Shown here in pieces: positions 1-9,595 of a DNA stretch of 64,000 nucleotides (its first letter is position 1; each line of letters starts with the position of its first letter). Where the stretch lies: IMG/VR virus record IMGVR_UViG_3300035698_024280; one strand, 5' to 3'. The notes under the pieces were generated by a model, which had not been told where the DNA came from, did no database searches, and was given only the letters and a program-made list of their open reading frames with translations. The translations under genes and the position numbers were made by a program. The DNA is from a virus.

Positions 1-1252
1 TCTTAGATATAATTTTACCGACCTTTGTCTCGGGGGACATATTTAAGGATATCATTATATTAGGGTATAGGGAATTAGCGTCAAAGGATACTACATATTG
101 CTGAAAACCTCCCTGAGGCTCGCTCACATACGCTCCTGGATTTTTCCCTGTATCTTCATGCCTTATAAATGTGGCAATTTTTTGATCTCTATGTCTAGCT
201 CTAATTGCTGCAGCTCCATTAATGACAGCTACTGCCCCCATAGCTGCCTCTAATGTAGTTAGACCTACATATGCTAACATTCGTAATAGTTCCATATATC
301 TCAATTCCTCATCTAATCTCTGAAGTAAAAATACATCATGAATATTATACTCTACAAAGGTCTGCCAATCCTGAACGCATAAATCTGCAATATGCATATT
401 ACCGTAATCAATTTTTCTTAAATCTAATTCTATATTTGCAATATTATCTAACTTATATGAGTCTCTATTTTTTAATTGAAATCGTTTATATACATCAAGA
501 TAATCTAAGCAAGATACACCATCGATATACCATCTCAAATCATTTCTACCATACATACCTCTGATTGATCTATTATAAACATTACCTATGGGCGATAATC
601 TCTTTATTTCATCCTCCCCCATAATATTGTTTATTCTATTAATAATATATGGCATGTCAAATCCAGCAGAGTTCCATCCCGAGATTACATCTGGATAGTC
701 ACTCTCAAAAAATGTTAGCATTTTATCTAACAATTCTAATTCATTCCGGCAATTATAATAAGTCAAATCTTCGGGAGGATACTTAGAGGAGTCAAATGCG
801 CCAACTCCCCACACAAATGTATGCTTTAATAAATTATCATAAATAGTTATAACGTTGATTGGGTACTTGGCCTCCTCAGCATTCGGAAATTCATCCCTCG
901 CAACAGCCTCAATATCTATAAATTGTACTTTGAGCGGTTTGGATGTAAACTCCTCACCCTCATTAAACTCCCAGTATTTATCTAACAGAAATTGCTGATG
1001 AGTAGGTAGATTTTCAAAAAGTCTCTTTATGCCAGTATCTCGAACAAACCTAGTTCGAGCGTACTGCGTTTGAAAATCTCGACGCTTGAGCTTAGTACCA
1101 AATATTGAAGTATCTGTCCCATTTTTATCTTCAATATACACATAAGGGGTGTACGACTTAGTGTATGATATTCTATTACCATCAGAATCCCAGGTCCAAA
1201 CTTTTACCTCCTTCGTTCTAGGTATGTACGCAATATTTCTATATCCTATCAT
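1..1252 (-). CDS. gp43: Family B DNA polymerase, T4 gp43-like (N-terminal ~417 aa, runs off the window; absent from the ORF track)
   Basis: Hand translation from ATG at 1252: MIGYRNIAY...FIDIEA (ExoI)...ISGWNSAGFDMPY (ExoII)...VSFDANSLYPNIMISLNMSPET (PolB motif A). Confidence 0.97.
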   Translation of the reverse strand, partial: MIGYRNIAYIPRTKEVKVWTWDSDGNRISYTKSYTPYVYIEDKNGTDTSIFGTKLKRRDFQTQYARTRFVRDTGIKRLFENLPTHQQFLLDKYWEFNEGEEFTSKPLKVQFIDIEAVARDEFPNAEEAKYPINVITIYDNLLKHTFVWGVGAFDSSKYPPEDLTYYNCRNELELLDKMLTFFESDYPDVISGWNSAGFDMPYIINRINNIMGEDEIKRLSPIGNVYNRSIRGMYGRNDLRWYIDGVSCLDYLDVYKRFQLKNRDSYKLDNIANIELDLRKIDYGNMHIADLCVQDWQTFVEYNIHDVFLLQRLDEELRYMELLRMLAYVGLTTLEAAMGAVAVINGAAAIRARHRDQKIATFIRHEDTGKNPGAYVSEPQGGFQQYVVSFDANSLYPNIMISLNMSPETKVGKIISK

Positions 1253-1255
1253 AAA

Positions 1256-2485
1256 TTATCGATTGTATCTCGATAACATTATACGATCAGGATGCCCGTA
1301 AGGCAAGGTAATAAGTTCTAAATAACAGTTTATGTTTTCTTCATTCTCTAAAAATCTATTTTGAGCTACTTTATATCTCTTATGAGCTTCCGCTCTATAT
1401 TTTTTACCGTTAGATAATGTATCTTCAATGCACTTTATCATCCCGTCACCGTCTTTAAACTTAATAGGGGCATCTTTATACGTACACATATCCTGACATG
1501 CTACAGGTATACCTAGAGCACATGCTTCAATATATTTTAAGTCACTCTTACCGCGGTTAAAGTTATTTTCAAACAGAGGGGCTACTGACATTTGTATCTC
1601 TAGATCATGTAGCTTTTGCGGGTAATTATAAAATGATTGCCATTCGTGAAACTCAATTTCACCAGCGTTAATATACGGTCGGAGAGCGGCTGGAAATGCG
1701 CCAACAAATACCCATTGAAATCTATGTCTTGTCTTTATTATTGAATCTACAACGTGGTGGAAATCGTCACGTTGCTTGTCTCTATTCTCTACATCAAAAT
1801 GTGCCCCAGATCCAGCATATAATATTCTAGGCTTATTTATGTGCTTCTTATATAATTGACCTACTCTCTTCTCATCAAAGAAGTTCCCAATCCAAAATTT
1901 AGGTGGGAAATTTGGTATAACTGTTATTTCCTCCTTATCTATTTTTTCCTTATAATAGTCTCTCATGAAGTCACACGTTACTGTTACTTCATCACATAAC
2001 CTCATAATTTCTACCGAAGTATTTCTTATTTCATCTGACTCAAATGCCGGTTTAAATTTATTATACTCAGGGATGTCTTCTCTAAATATAATATCGTCCA
2101 CTTCATATATAATTCGGCAACCATACTTTGGTTGTATTACTTCCTTTAAATATTTTACAAACTCTAACTGATTAGGGGTTGCTTGTCTTTGTATTCTTAT
2201 AGCCTTAACACCTTCATAAAATTCAGGTGAAGTAATCATCACTGCAGAGCTCTGCACTAGAGCTTTATTATGAGTGTTTAGCATATGCTCAGGCCATAGC
2301 ATACGCCACAGCCCGCACCCGCTAAAATCTGCGACATAATTAATAGATCGTGGGAGACCTCCAAGGGCTTCAGATTGGCTATTACTCCTAACATCTGCCA
2401 GGTTTGCAATATCTACACTAGGGGGGGTAAATGGTGATGTGAATGGTGAACTGAATAAACCTACAGCTTTACGAGATGGTATCAT
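1256..2485 (-). CDS. GT-B fold glycosyltransferase (GT4-like)
   Basis: IIYEVDD, RILYAGSGAHFD, APL..NNFNRGKSDLKYIEACALGIP resemble GT-B donor-binding motifs. Confidence 0.75.
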   Translation of the reverse strand: MIPSRKAVGLFSSPFTSPFTPPSVDIANLADVRSNSQSEALGGLPRSINYVADFSGCGLWRMLWPEHMLNTHNKALVQSSAVMITSPEFYEGVKAIRIQRQATPNQLEFVKYLKEVIQPKYGCRIIYEVDDIIFREDIPEYNKFKPAFESDEIRNTSVEIMRLCDEVTVTCDFMRDYYKEKIDKEEITVIPNFPPKFWIGNFFDEKRVGQLYKKHINKPRILYAGSGAHFDVENRDKQRDDFHHVVDSIIKTRHRFQWVFVGAFPAALRPYINAGEIEFHEWQSFYNYPQKLHDLEIQMSVAPLFENNFNRGKSDLKYIEACALGIPVACQDMCTYKDAPIKFKDGDGMIKCIEDTLSNGKKYRAEAHKRYKVAQNRFLENEENINCYLELITLPYGHPDRIMLSRYNR

Positions 2486-2508
2486 TGTTATTAATTATGT
2501 AATATTAG

Positions 2509-4320
2509 TTAGACTTCAACTCGTGAAGTTCGTGTAGTTATTCCGCTTTCTTTTTGCAAATATATAATATTTGCATCATTTGCTATAGCTTTTATTGCTT
2601 CCGGTCGATGGGTAATAATAAATATACACTCATTATTATTATTAACACGATCCTGCAGAATATCATTTACTAATTCTACCCCACGGCTATCTAAACTGGA
2701 GTCATATAGTTCATCAAAAAAGCTTACGTTATATGCTACATTACCTTGCATTCTCCTCGCGTCTGCAAAAGTAAATAGACACGCTAAATCTATATTTTTT
2801 CTCTCCCCATCAGAAAAATTAAAATATGAACATATTTTATTATTTTCATTAATTATATCTTCTTCAAAATATTCATTAAAGACACAAATACAATTTGCAT
2901 CCATCTTCTTTAAATAATATGCTAATCTACTGTTAAATATCTGTAATATCTGCTTTACTATATATGCTTTTACTCCTTCTTCTGATACAATAAATTTACC
3001 AATATCAATAATATTTAGCATATCTCTCTCCTTTTCAACCTGGACTGTGATATTTGATATCTCGCTGGTACTCAAATCTATTAATGAATCCATATCAGTA
3101 TTAGTAGACTTAAGTAATTTAATATCACTCTCTAGAGATTTTATCCATTCATTACATTGCTCTATATTTTCTTGTATTCTAGGCTTAGAGCTGGCTCTAA
3201 GTTGTAAATTATTAATTTTTTCTCTAATATTGTTAATTGCAGACTGCAATTTATTCTTACCAGATTTATATTTCTCTACCTCGTCGGTACAATTAATTAG
3301 ATTTTTCTTTTGCTCAGATATTTTATTTAATAAATTTTTCTTATCACCCTCAATACAAGCCCTATCATGATCAGTAATATCTCTAAGGCAGGTGGGGCAG
3401 GCACTTTTATCAGTACCTACTTCATTATATATTTCTGCATCTCTCTTAATATCAGTTTTTATCTCTGCACAATACTCTAATTGACTTCTAATTTTATTCT
3501 CTATTTTATCTACCCCTATTAGATATTCTGATAGAGTATTTTCAAATACATCTGTATCGATTTGAGTTATTTCATCCAGCTCGTCTTTATGCCGCTGTAT
3601 ATTAGTTTTATTAGTAATATACCGTTGTTTATAATCTTCTAATTTTATATTTCTATTATATAAAATTTTGTCTCGTTGAGTTACATAATTAGCACTCGCA
3701 GAAGTTTTCTCTTCTAATTGTGTAATACTAATATCATAATCTTTTTTAATTTCATTATAATCTGATCTGACTAATTTAAGCATTTCACTAAACGCTTCTA
3801 ACGAAAAGATATTTTCAATAAACTTTCTTTTTGCAATAGTCTTTTGACCCATAAACGGTATGGTATTATTGGCGGTCATTACTACACAATTTTTAAATAT
3901 ATCAGGTGAAGCCTCTAGTATATTTAAAATATAAGATGTTGTATTAGCTATAGAATCTCTAGTAATATCTACATCGTCTTTATAAAAGAATAACTTAGAC
4001 GGGTTTAGAGATCTCTCTATTTTGTAATTACTGTTATCGTCTGGGGATTGTATATTAAACTTAAGCGAAACACTGCAGCACCCCCCGGTAATATTATTAA
4101 CAACAAGTTCCTTTTTAATATCTCTAATAGGTCGCCCGAAAATAGCAAAAAAGAAAGCATCCGGTATGGTACTCTTCCCAACACCATTTTTCCTATCCAT
4201 TTTATCCTTATTCTCCCCAGTTATAACATGCATACCTGGAGTAAAATCGATGTCGACAGATTTTTCTCCGACTGATAGAAAGTTACGAATTTTAAGTTGT
4301 TTAAATGTTACGTGTTTCAT
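2509..4320 (-). CDS. gp46: Recombination endonuclease ATPase subunit, gp46/SbcC/Rad50-like
   Basis: Walker A GENKD..NGVGKST, coiled coil, zinc hook CPTC, signature FSDGE, Walker B FFDELYDSSLD, ITH. Confidence 0.96.
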   Translation of the reverse strand: MKHVTFKQLKIRNFLSVGEKSVDIDFTPGMHVITGENKDKMDRKNGVGKSTIPDAFFFAIFGRPIRDIKKELVVNNITGGCCSVSLKFNIQSPDDNSNYKIERSLNPSKLFFYKDDVDITRDSIANTTSYILNILEASPDIFKNCVVMTANNTIPFMGQKTIAKRKFIENIFSLEAFSEMLKLVRSDYNEIKKDYDISITQLEEKTSASANYVTQRDKILYNRNIKLEDYKQRYITNKTNIQRHKDELDEITQIDTDVFENTLSEYLIGVDKIENKIRSQLEYCAEIKTDIKRDAEIYNEVGTDKSACPTCLRDITDHDRACIEGDKKNLLNKISEQKKNLINCTDEVEKYKSGKNKLQSAINNIREKINNLQLRASSKPRIQENIEQCNEWIKSLESDIKLLKSTNTDMDSLIDLSTSEISNITVQVEKERDMLNIIDIGKFIVSEEGVKAYIVKQILQIFNSRLAYYLKKMDANCICVFNEYFEEDIINENNKICSYFNFSDGERKNIDLACLFTFADARRMQGNVAYNVSFFDELYDSSLDSRGVELVNDILQDRVNNNNECIFIITHRPEAIKAIANDANIIYLQKESGITTRTSRVEV

Positions 4321-5366
4321 TGATTTGAGGCGCGGTTGTAGACATCCAATACATACTCCACTACTGGGGACTTATTATCTATATCCATTATATTAATAAA
4401 TTCTGTAATTGCTTGGCTTACATCAATTCCAGAGAAGTCGTGCGAGTTCTCCTCATCAATTATTATATCAAAATTAATATCGTGATCTACATCCAGTCTA
4501 ATAGGTCTAAGAGCTCTAATCTGCTGGAATAAAAAATCAGAGTCAGTGGAGGATATTCTTTGATCTATAATTAGTTTTATTATATTTCCCTCTACCCTCT
4601 TTTTAAGATCTGATATAGTTGCATTGGCTTTAACTAGTTCGGATAAATGCAGCTTATGAAAAACTGGAGATAAATTATTTACTGTAAAATTTAATTTACT
4701 TGTATCTAAATCAATGGAATAAAATCCCTTTTCAGATCCCTGATCCCCGAAATCCATCTGAAATGGGCTACCTACATATAATATAGTACCCTCACTCGTC
4801 TCTCTTAAGGACTTGTGATGAAAGTGCCCGGTAATTGTAAGGGGGGATTTATTATAAACAGAATCGGTGGTTAGCCCGTGGTCACATATTTTAAAAGAGT
4901 TTAGCTTAAACGTTTCAATCTCAAAATGACCAAATAATATATCACATTCTTGTATATCCTCGACTGGAGTTCCCCAAGGTGCAAAAAATATATTTTTACC
5001 AGCGGGTGTTTTATAACTAAATGGTTTATCTATTACTGTAATATTCTCACGACCGTTGAATATTGAGATAGAGTTAATCTCTGAGGACTCTTTATAATAA
5101 CAATCATGATTGCCGGTTATAAATATCATATTTTTGTCTTTCAGAATATCTAAAACTGTTGAAGCGTGGGATAAAGTGTTAGTAGCTATTGAGTCTCTAT
5201 AATGAAAAAAATCTCCTGTAAATATTACATCATTAATATTACTTTTATCCAATTCGCTTTTAAACCACCTGACCCAATCAAGCGTAATTCTATGCCACAT
5301 CGAATCATCTCGATGTACCCCTATATGTATATCGCTAAATATTGCGCACTTACTAGATTTAATCAT
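4317..5366 (-). CDS. gp47: Recombination endonuclease nuclease subunit, gp47/SbcD/Mre11-like
   Basis: SDIH, GDFFH, GNHD, FGHFE, TGHFH, YVGSP metallophosphoesterase motifs; coupled to gp46. Confidence 0.95.
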   Translation of the reverse strand: MIKSSKCAIFSDIHIGVHRDDSMWHRITLDWVRWFKSELDKSNINDVIFTGDFFHYRDSIATNTLSHASTVLDILKDKNMIFITGNHDCYYKESSEINSISIFNGRENITVIDKPFSYKTPAGKNIFFAPWGTPVEDIQECDILFGHFEIETFKLNSFKICDHGLTTDSVYNKSPLTITGHFHHKSLRETSEGTILYVGSPFQMDFGDQGSEKGFYSIDLDTSKLNFTVNNLSPVFHKLHLSELVKANATISDLKKRVEGNIIKLIIDQRISSTDSDFLFQQIRALRPIRLDVDHDINFDIIIDEENSHDFSGIDVSQAITEFINIMDIDNKSPVVEYVLDVYNRASNQ

Positions 5367-5368
5367 TA

Positions 5369-5836
5369 TTACTCATTAAAGAAATCATCCTCCTCTAATG
5401 CAGTAGAAGTTTTAGTATAAACCTTACCATCACTCGATTCAATCATATATTGCTCATACACTTCCTCTCTAAAGTCTGTTTCAGCCTTATGGAGCCTCTT
5501 CTCTTTTTTTATTCTATTTATAAAAGCTCTGAATGCAATAGTAGTAAAATACGAGAAGGGGTTGAATTTTGATGTTACATCAAAATTTTGATTTCTAAGA
5601 GCTGCATACATTTTTACAATAGCATCTCCAATCATATCCTCTTTATATGTATAATCTCTAAATTTACCATTAAAACCTAAACCGTTTGCAATTTTCATTA
5701 TACACTCTCCTAAATAATCTGGAAATATACCATTTTCATAATATAATGCTATTGCTGCCTTAAACTCTTTAGGGTCTACGTAGTAATGCTCATTTTTCTT
5801 TTTCTTTTTCTTCTTTATTATTATTTCTTCAGCCAT
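5369..5836 (-). CDS. gp55: Late-transcription sigma factor gp55
   Basis: HYYVDPKEF, IANGLGFNGKFRDYTYKEDMIGDA, NPFSYFTTIAFRAFINRIKKEK; start set at MAEE (5836). Confidence 0.93.
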   Translation of the reverse strand: MAEEIIIKKKKKKKNEHYYVDPKEFKAAIALYYENGIFPDYLGECIMKIANGLGFNGKFRDYTYKEDMIGDAIVKMYAALRNQNFDVTSKFNPFSYFTTIAFRAFINRIKKEKRLHKAETDFREEVYEQYMIESSDGKVYTKTSTALEEDDFFNE

Positions 5837-5886
5837 TTTAAACTCTATTATAATTATATGCAATCAAAACTACTAATCAACTATAT

Positions 5887-7338
5887 CTACTCTTTTATTG
5901 TAGATATGGTATATGGAATTTTTTCTCTAGTATAAATTAACGTTCTCTTTTCAAAGTGATTAGTACTATACTCGAATTTATCCGCTAGATCTATAATTAA
6001 CAGAGTCGTTTTAGAACTATGGAGGCGTAGACCTCTACCTATAGATTGAACAATTCGTATAAACGCCTTACCCCCACTTGCAAATACAATCATATGTATA
6101 TTTTTAATATTAATACCGGTGGAAAACACAGATGACATCGCTATACATACAACATTATTACTATTTTCCATTATTTTTTTAATACTCTCACGAGTATCAA
6201 TATCCACACTACCACTAACAAAAAACACTTGCTTATCCTTAAGATCTTTATGTATATCGTATAATATATTGCCATGCGCGAGGTGATTTACCAATATTAA
6301 AATATTATTATTAAAATTATCTGATATTTTAGATATAATATTATTTCTAAAGTTACTATTATAAATATAATCTAACTCTGTCTTATATTTTATTGAGCTA
6401 GTCCACTCCGCTTTTGTAAACTGGGTTTTAGGCCCTCCTTTATGGGTCAGTCTAAGTATACTTACACTTACATCCGTTAAGTATCCCTCTTCTCTAAGAT
6501 CAGCACTACCCTTTTCATATAATACCGGCCCTAGTTTACCTATAACTGACCATTTATCTATGGGGCTCTCCGGGAGAGTCCCTGTAAATCCAAACTTTGA
6601 GTGGGTGTGTATTTTATTTACTAATTTTCCAATTTTATTTTTATTCTTTAGCTTATGGCTTTCATCCACTACTACAATATCCACATACTTTAGCCATTCT
6701 GCATCTTTAAATCTACTCTGTACTATCTTATTACTAGCTACCACTATATTACAACTAGTATCTAGATCAAACTCTGCAGTCCAGGGGCAATGGGTATAAG
6801 GTACATTATATTCAGTGAAGTCATCTGAGGTCTGCCTAACAAGCCCTCTATCTGGAACTAATACGAGGCATCTAAAGTTTTTCTTATTCTTAGATCTTAA
6901 ATAATAATTATTTATTAATGTAGCTATTGCTAATGTTTTACCACCACCAGTACCTAAAACACAAACACCTCGACCAGCGCTCATTGCCTTCTGTATAATC
7001 CTGATCTGGTAATATCTCAGGCTAATATCTTTAGTATCCAACATTTTTATATTCTCCGGATCTTCAATTGGTGATATTGTAAGAATAGCTGACGGGCTGA
7101 GTTTAATACTACACTTAATATCAATCTCTTTTATAGCTTCAACTACTTCTGACAATAATCCTGGCTCAAACTTACCACCTGGGGTAATAGCATACAATCT
7201 CGCTGGGGAGTACTTACTAAATCGAGTACCCTCATTAGGAATGCTGAATTTATTTCTAAGACTCTCCATCAGCACAGCATCTTTAGTCTTAACAATACAC
7301 TGACCTATATTAACCAAATAATTAATCTCTACAGACAT
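5887..7338 (-). CDS. uvsW: UvsW SF2 helicase
   Basis: GTGGGKT, DESH, GFTGT, FSTGINIKN, QSIGRGLR; start placed at 7338, where it overlaps the uvsY stop (TAATG). Confidence 0.93.
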   Translation of the reverse strand: MSVEINYLVNIGQCIVKTKDAVLMESLRNKFSIPNEGTRFSKYSPARLYAITPGGKFEPGLLSEVVEAIKEIDIKCSIKLSPSAILTISPIEDPENIKMLDTKDISLRYYQIRIIQKAMSAGRGVCVLGTGGGKTLAIATLINNYYLRSKNKKNFRCLVLVPDRGLVRQTSDDFTEYNVPYTHCPWTAEFDLDTSCNIVVASNKIVQSRFKDAEWLKYVDIVVVDESHKLKNKNKIGKLVNKIHTHSKFGFTGTLPESPIDKWSVIGKLGPVLYEKGSADLREEGYLTDVSVSILRLTHKGGPKTQFTKAEWTSSIKYKTELDYIYNSNFRNNIISKISDNFNNNILILVNHLAHGNILYDIHKDLKDKQVFFVSGSVDIDTRESIKKIMENSNNVVCIAMSSVFSTGINIKNIHMIVFASGGKAFIRIVQSIGRGLRLHSSKTTLLIIDLADKFEYSTNHFEKRTLIYTREKIPYTISTIKE

Positions 7339-7733
7339 TATAGTAATTCTAACTGCCGAATAGCAATAATATTTTTTATATCCCACTGGATAGATGATAA
7401 GTTTTTTTCAGACTTCTCTAAAAACTCAATTATTAACTCTAAATCCTCAATCTGCTGCTTATATTTTATAATCTCTACACTCTGCATAGCAGCTCCCTTT
7501 GTTTGACTCCAGGATAATCTAGTAGGTGATTCATCCTTCAATTTAGCAGCTATAACATTAGCCCTAACATCAATCTCCCTTAATAGTTTATTTAACTCCC
7601 TCTTATGTCTAATCAACCTTGCAGCCCAATGGTGACGGCGTGCTGGCAGGCGTCTCTGCACTTCGCCTACGTTCATTTCATCTATTACCAACTCGGCTTT
7701 CAATTCTTCTATATATTTCTCGAGTAGATCCAT
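7338..7733 (-). CDS. uvsY: UvsY recombination mediator
   Basis: 131 aa helical protein with T4-like C-terminus (IEFLEK...IQWDIKNII); adjacent to uvsW. Confidence 0.8.
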   Translation of the reverse strand: MDLLEKYIEELKAELVIDEMNVGEVQRRLPARRHHWAARLIRHKRELNKLLREIDVRANVIAAKLKDESPTRLSWSQTKGAAMQSVEIIKYKQQIEDLELIIEFLEKSEKNLSSIQWDIKNIIAIRQLELL

Positions 7734-7741
7734 TAAATAAT

Positions 7742-7749
7742 TATAAATA
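7742..7749 (+). promoter_or_regulatory. T4-type late promoter TATAAATA
   Basis: Exact consensus 5 nt before ATG 7755; gp55 is encoded in the window. Confidence 0.8.
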
Positions 7750-7754
7750 CTAAT

Positions 7755-8027
7755 ATGGCAAAGGCAAATTTATATGCGGACTTTTTTAATAAAATATTAA
7801 GGGAGGATATGACAGCGGGGGATGGTGGCGCATTCGGCGATACTGCAAAAATATTTTCAGATACTAATATTACAACGACAGACTCGTATGCACCAGGGGA
7901 TAGTAGAAACATGTTTGGTAATAACATAAAACCGGATATACAAACTCGTAAGAAAACTATTAAATCTAAGAAAAAGTCTAAAAAAACAAAGAAGAATAAA
8001 AAAAAATACAATAAGACTGGAGATTAG
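7755..8027 (+). CDS. Small hypothetical late protein, Lys-rich tail, possible head protein
   Basis: ATG 5 nt after TATAAATA; N-terminus ends in ILRE, similar to a gp21 cleavage site. Confidence 0.65.
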   Translation: MAKANLYADFFNKILREDMTAGDGGAFGDTAKIFSDTNITTTDSYAPGDSRNMFGNNIKPDIQTRKKTIKSKKKSKKTKKNKKKYNKTGD

Positions 8028-8117
8028 CCTTGATTTTATTTTTTATCTATTAAATAACATATGTCTATGTTAAAAAGACCCTAAGAACATCTTAGAAAAG
8101 ATAATAAAATTAATCTA

Positions 8118-8567
8118 ATGAAGGATAAAGAAAATAATATTATTAGTCTAGGTCATTGGAGATCTGAAATCGATACACCTGCTGATTTTTTTGGGTTTGT
8201 ATATTGTATTACAAATATTAGTAATAATCGTCGATATATAGGTAAGAAGCAATGCAAGACAATCATTAAATATCCCCCGTTGAAGGGTAAGAAGCGGAAG
8301 CGGCGGATTCAAAAAGATACTGATTGGAGATTATATTGTGGATCTAGTGAGAGTTTATTAGGGGATATAGAATCTCAAGGGAAAGAGAGTTTTGACTTTA
8401 AAATTATATTATTTTGCAATAGTAAGTCTGAATTAGCATATTACGAGGCTAAGACGCAGTTTGATAATAACGTTCTCTTATCTGAGGATTTCTATAACGG
8501 GATAATTAATATTAGACTTGGTAGAATAAAAGCTGATACACCGACGCTTACTGCTGTTAGTCTTTAA
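8118..8567 (+). CDS. GIY-YIG endonuclease (T4 EndoII/DenA- or Seg-like)
   Basis: GFVYCITN..NNRRYIGKKQ, WRLYCGSS, conserved Glu in LAYYEAK, FYNGII. Confidence 0.85.
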   Translation: MKDKENNIISLGHWRSEIDTPADFFGFVYCITNISNNRRYIGKKQCKTIIKYPPLKGKKRKRRIQKDTDWRLYCGSSESLLGDIESQGKESFDFKIILFCNSKSELAYYEAKTQFDNNVLLSEDFYNGIINIRLGRIKADTPTLTAVSL

Positions 8568-8578
8568 TTAAAAAAAAG

Positions 8579-8606
8579 TTGATATTATAGAAAATATACT
8601 CATAAT
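8579..8606 (+). promoter_or_regulatory. Sigma70-type promoter, leaderless geometry
   Basis: TTGATA-16-CATAAT-6-ATG. Confidence 0.65.
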
Positions 8607-8612
8607 TTGTAC

Positions 8613-9179
8613 ATGGGGATGGAATTAAAGCATTATAATATTAATCTAGTGGATTTAACAGATATTTTATTGAATGACATCATAGTTGATTGGTTAGATT
8701 ATAATGAAAAATTGCAGCTACATAAAGGACCTAAGAATAAAGAAATATATACCCTATATCATTTTTTTATAAAGAGTGCGTGTACATTAATACTATCTAG
8801 TAAGAGTAACGCAAAAACTATATTATTTATATCGTTAGATTTAATGTCATTGCATAATAAAACAGTATTATCTAAGACAAGATTAACTGCGACGCAGTTA
8901 TTAAGAGTTATTAATAAGATGATCGTTGATATTGAACGTCATTTTCCTATTAGAATTATATCAAGTGCACTATCTTATGACAGTTTTACTAGTATTATAG
9001 CAAAAGGCGATGGTAATGGAGACTATCTACTTAGTCTGCTTAGAATAAAAATTAATAAATTATCATCCGCTAAATTCCCATACCAGACCGCAAAAAAGTT
9101 TTGTGATCGTTACGGTCTCGACTGGTTGAATGAACATTTTTTTTGCGATTTTAAAGTTAAAGCCCTATCATTTATATAA
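8613..9179 (+). CDS. Hypothetical protein
   Basis: ORF; ATG at 8613 lies 6 nt after a TTGATA-16-CATAAT promoter. Confidence 0.6.
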   Translation: MGMELKHYNINLVDLTDILLNDIIVDWLDYNEKLQLHKGPKNKEIYTLYHFFIKSACTLILSSKSNAKTILFISLDLMSLHNKTVLSKTRLTATQLLRVINKMIVDIERHFPIRIISSALSYDSFTSIIAKGDGNGDYLLSLLRIKINKLSSAKFPYQTAKKFCDRYGLDWLNEHFFCDFKVKALSFI

Positions 9180-9180
9180 A

Positions 9181-9188
9181 TATAAATA
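9181..9188 (+). promoter_or_regulatory. T4-type late promoter TATAAATA
   Basis: Exact consensus 4 nt before ATG 9193; heads the 9193-13413 operon. Confidence 0.8.
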
Positions 9189-9192
9189 GTGT

Positions 9193-9594
9193 ATGAAGCA
9201 ATTTAATAAGACAATAGTTAGAGCTGGTTATGGTACATTACTAGAGGCAGATGAGTTTACTCTACCTGGAGATGAGATGGGAGCAGCTGCACCTGTTACT
9301 GATGAGGTTGGATCATCTCCAGGTATTGATGGAGATGATGTTGATAATCAGGTAGAAGTAGATGTATTATCTCCTGAGGCCGAGGTAGTACTCGTAAGAT
9401 TTGTCCGAAAGGCATTAGTAATTGATTTATCATTAGATGATAAAGCTAATTTACTATCGTCTGTTCCAGATGAATCAGAAATTGATGAGAATAACGCTAA
9501 GGAAACATTAGAGATACTACAGACGGTTATATCTAGTTATACATCATCCTCAGATGATAGCGTTGAAAGGGAGCAGCTGAATATTCCAATTTAA
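9193..9594 (+). CDS. Acidic hypothetical late protein, probable internal head protein
   Basis: TATAAATA 4 nt upstream; MKQFNK...LLE-A N-terminus. Confidence 0.6.
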   Translation: MKQFNKTIVRAGYGTLLEADEFTLPGDEMGAAAPVTDEVGSSPGIDGDDVDNQVEVDVLSPEAEVVLVRFVRKALVIDLSLDDKANLLSSVPDESEIDENNAKETLEILQTVISSYTSSSDDSVEREQLNIPI

Positions 9595-9595
9595 T

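Noticed and set aside
5800-5825. Poly-T/poly-Lys tract at the start of gp55 as a phase-variation or slippage site
   Set aside because: The run is interrupted (mixed AAG/AAA codons) and the frame is intact; basic N-termini are common in gp55 homologues
8061-8120. T4 gene 60-style ribosomal bypass
   Set aside because: No matching landing codon for CCC downstream and no frame change is needed; kept only as a uORF observation
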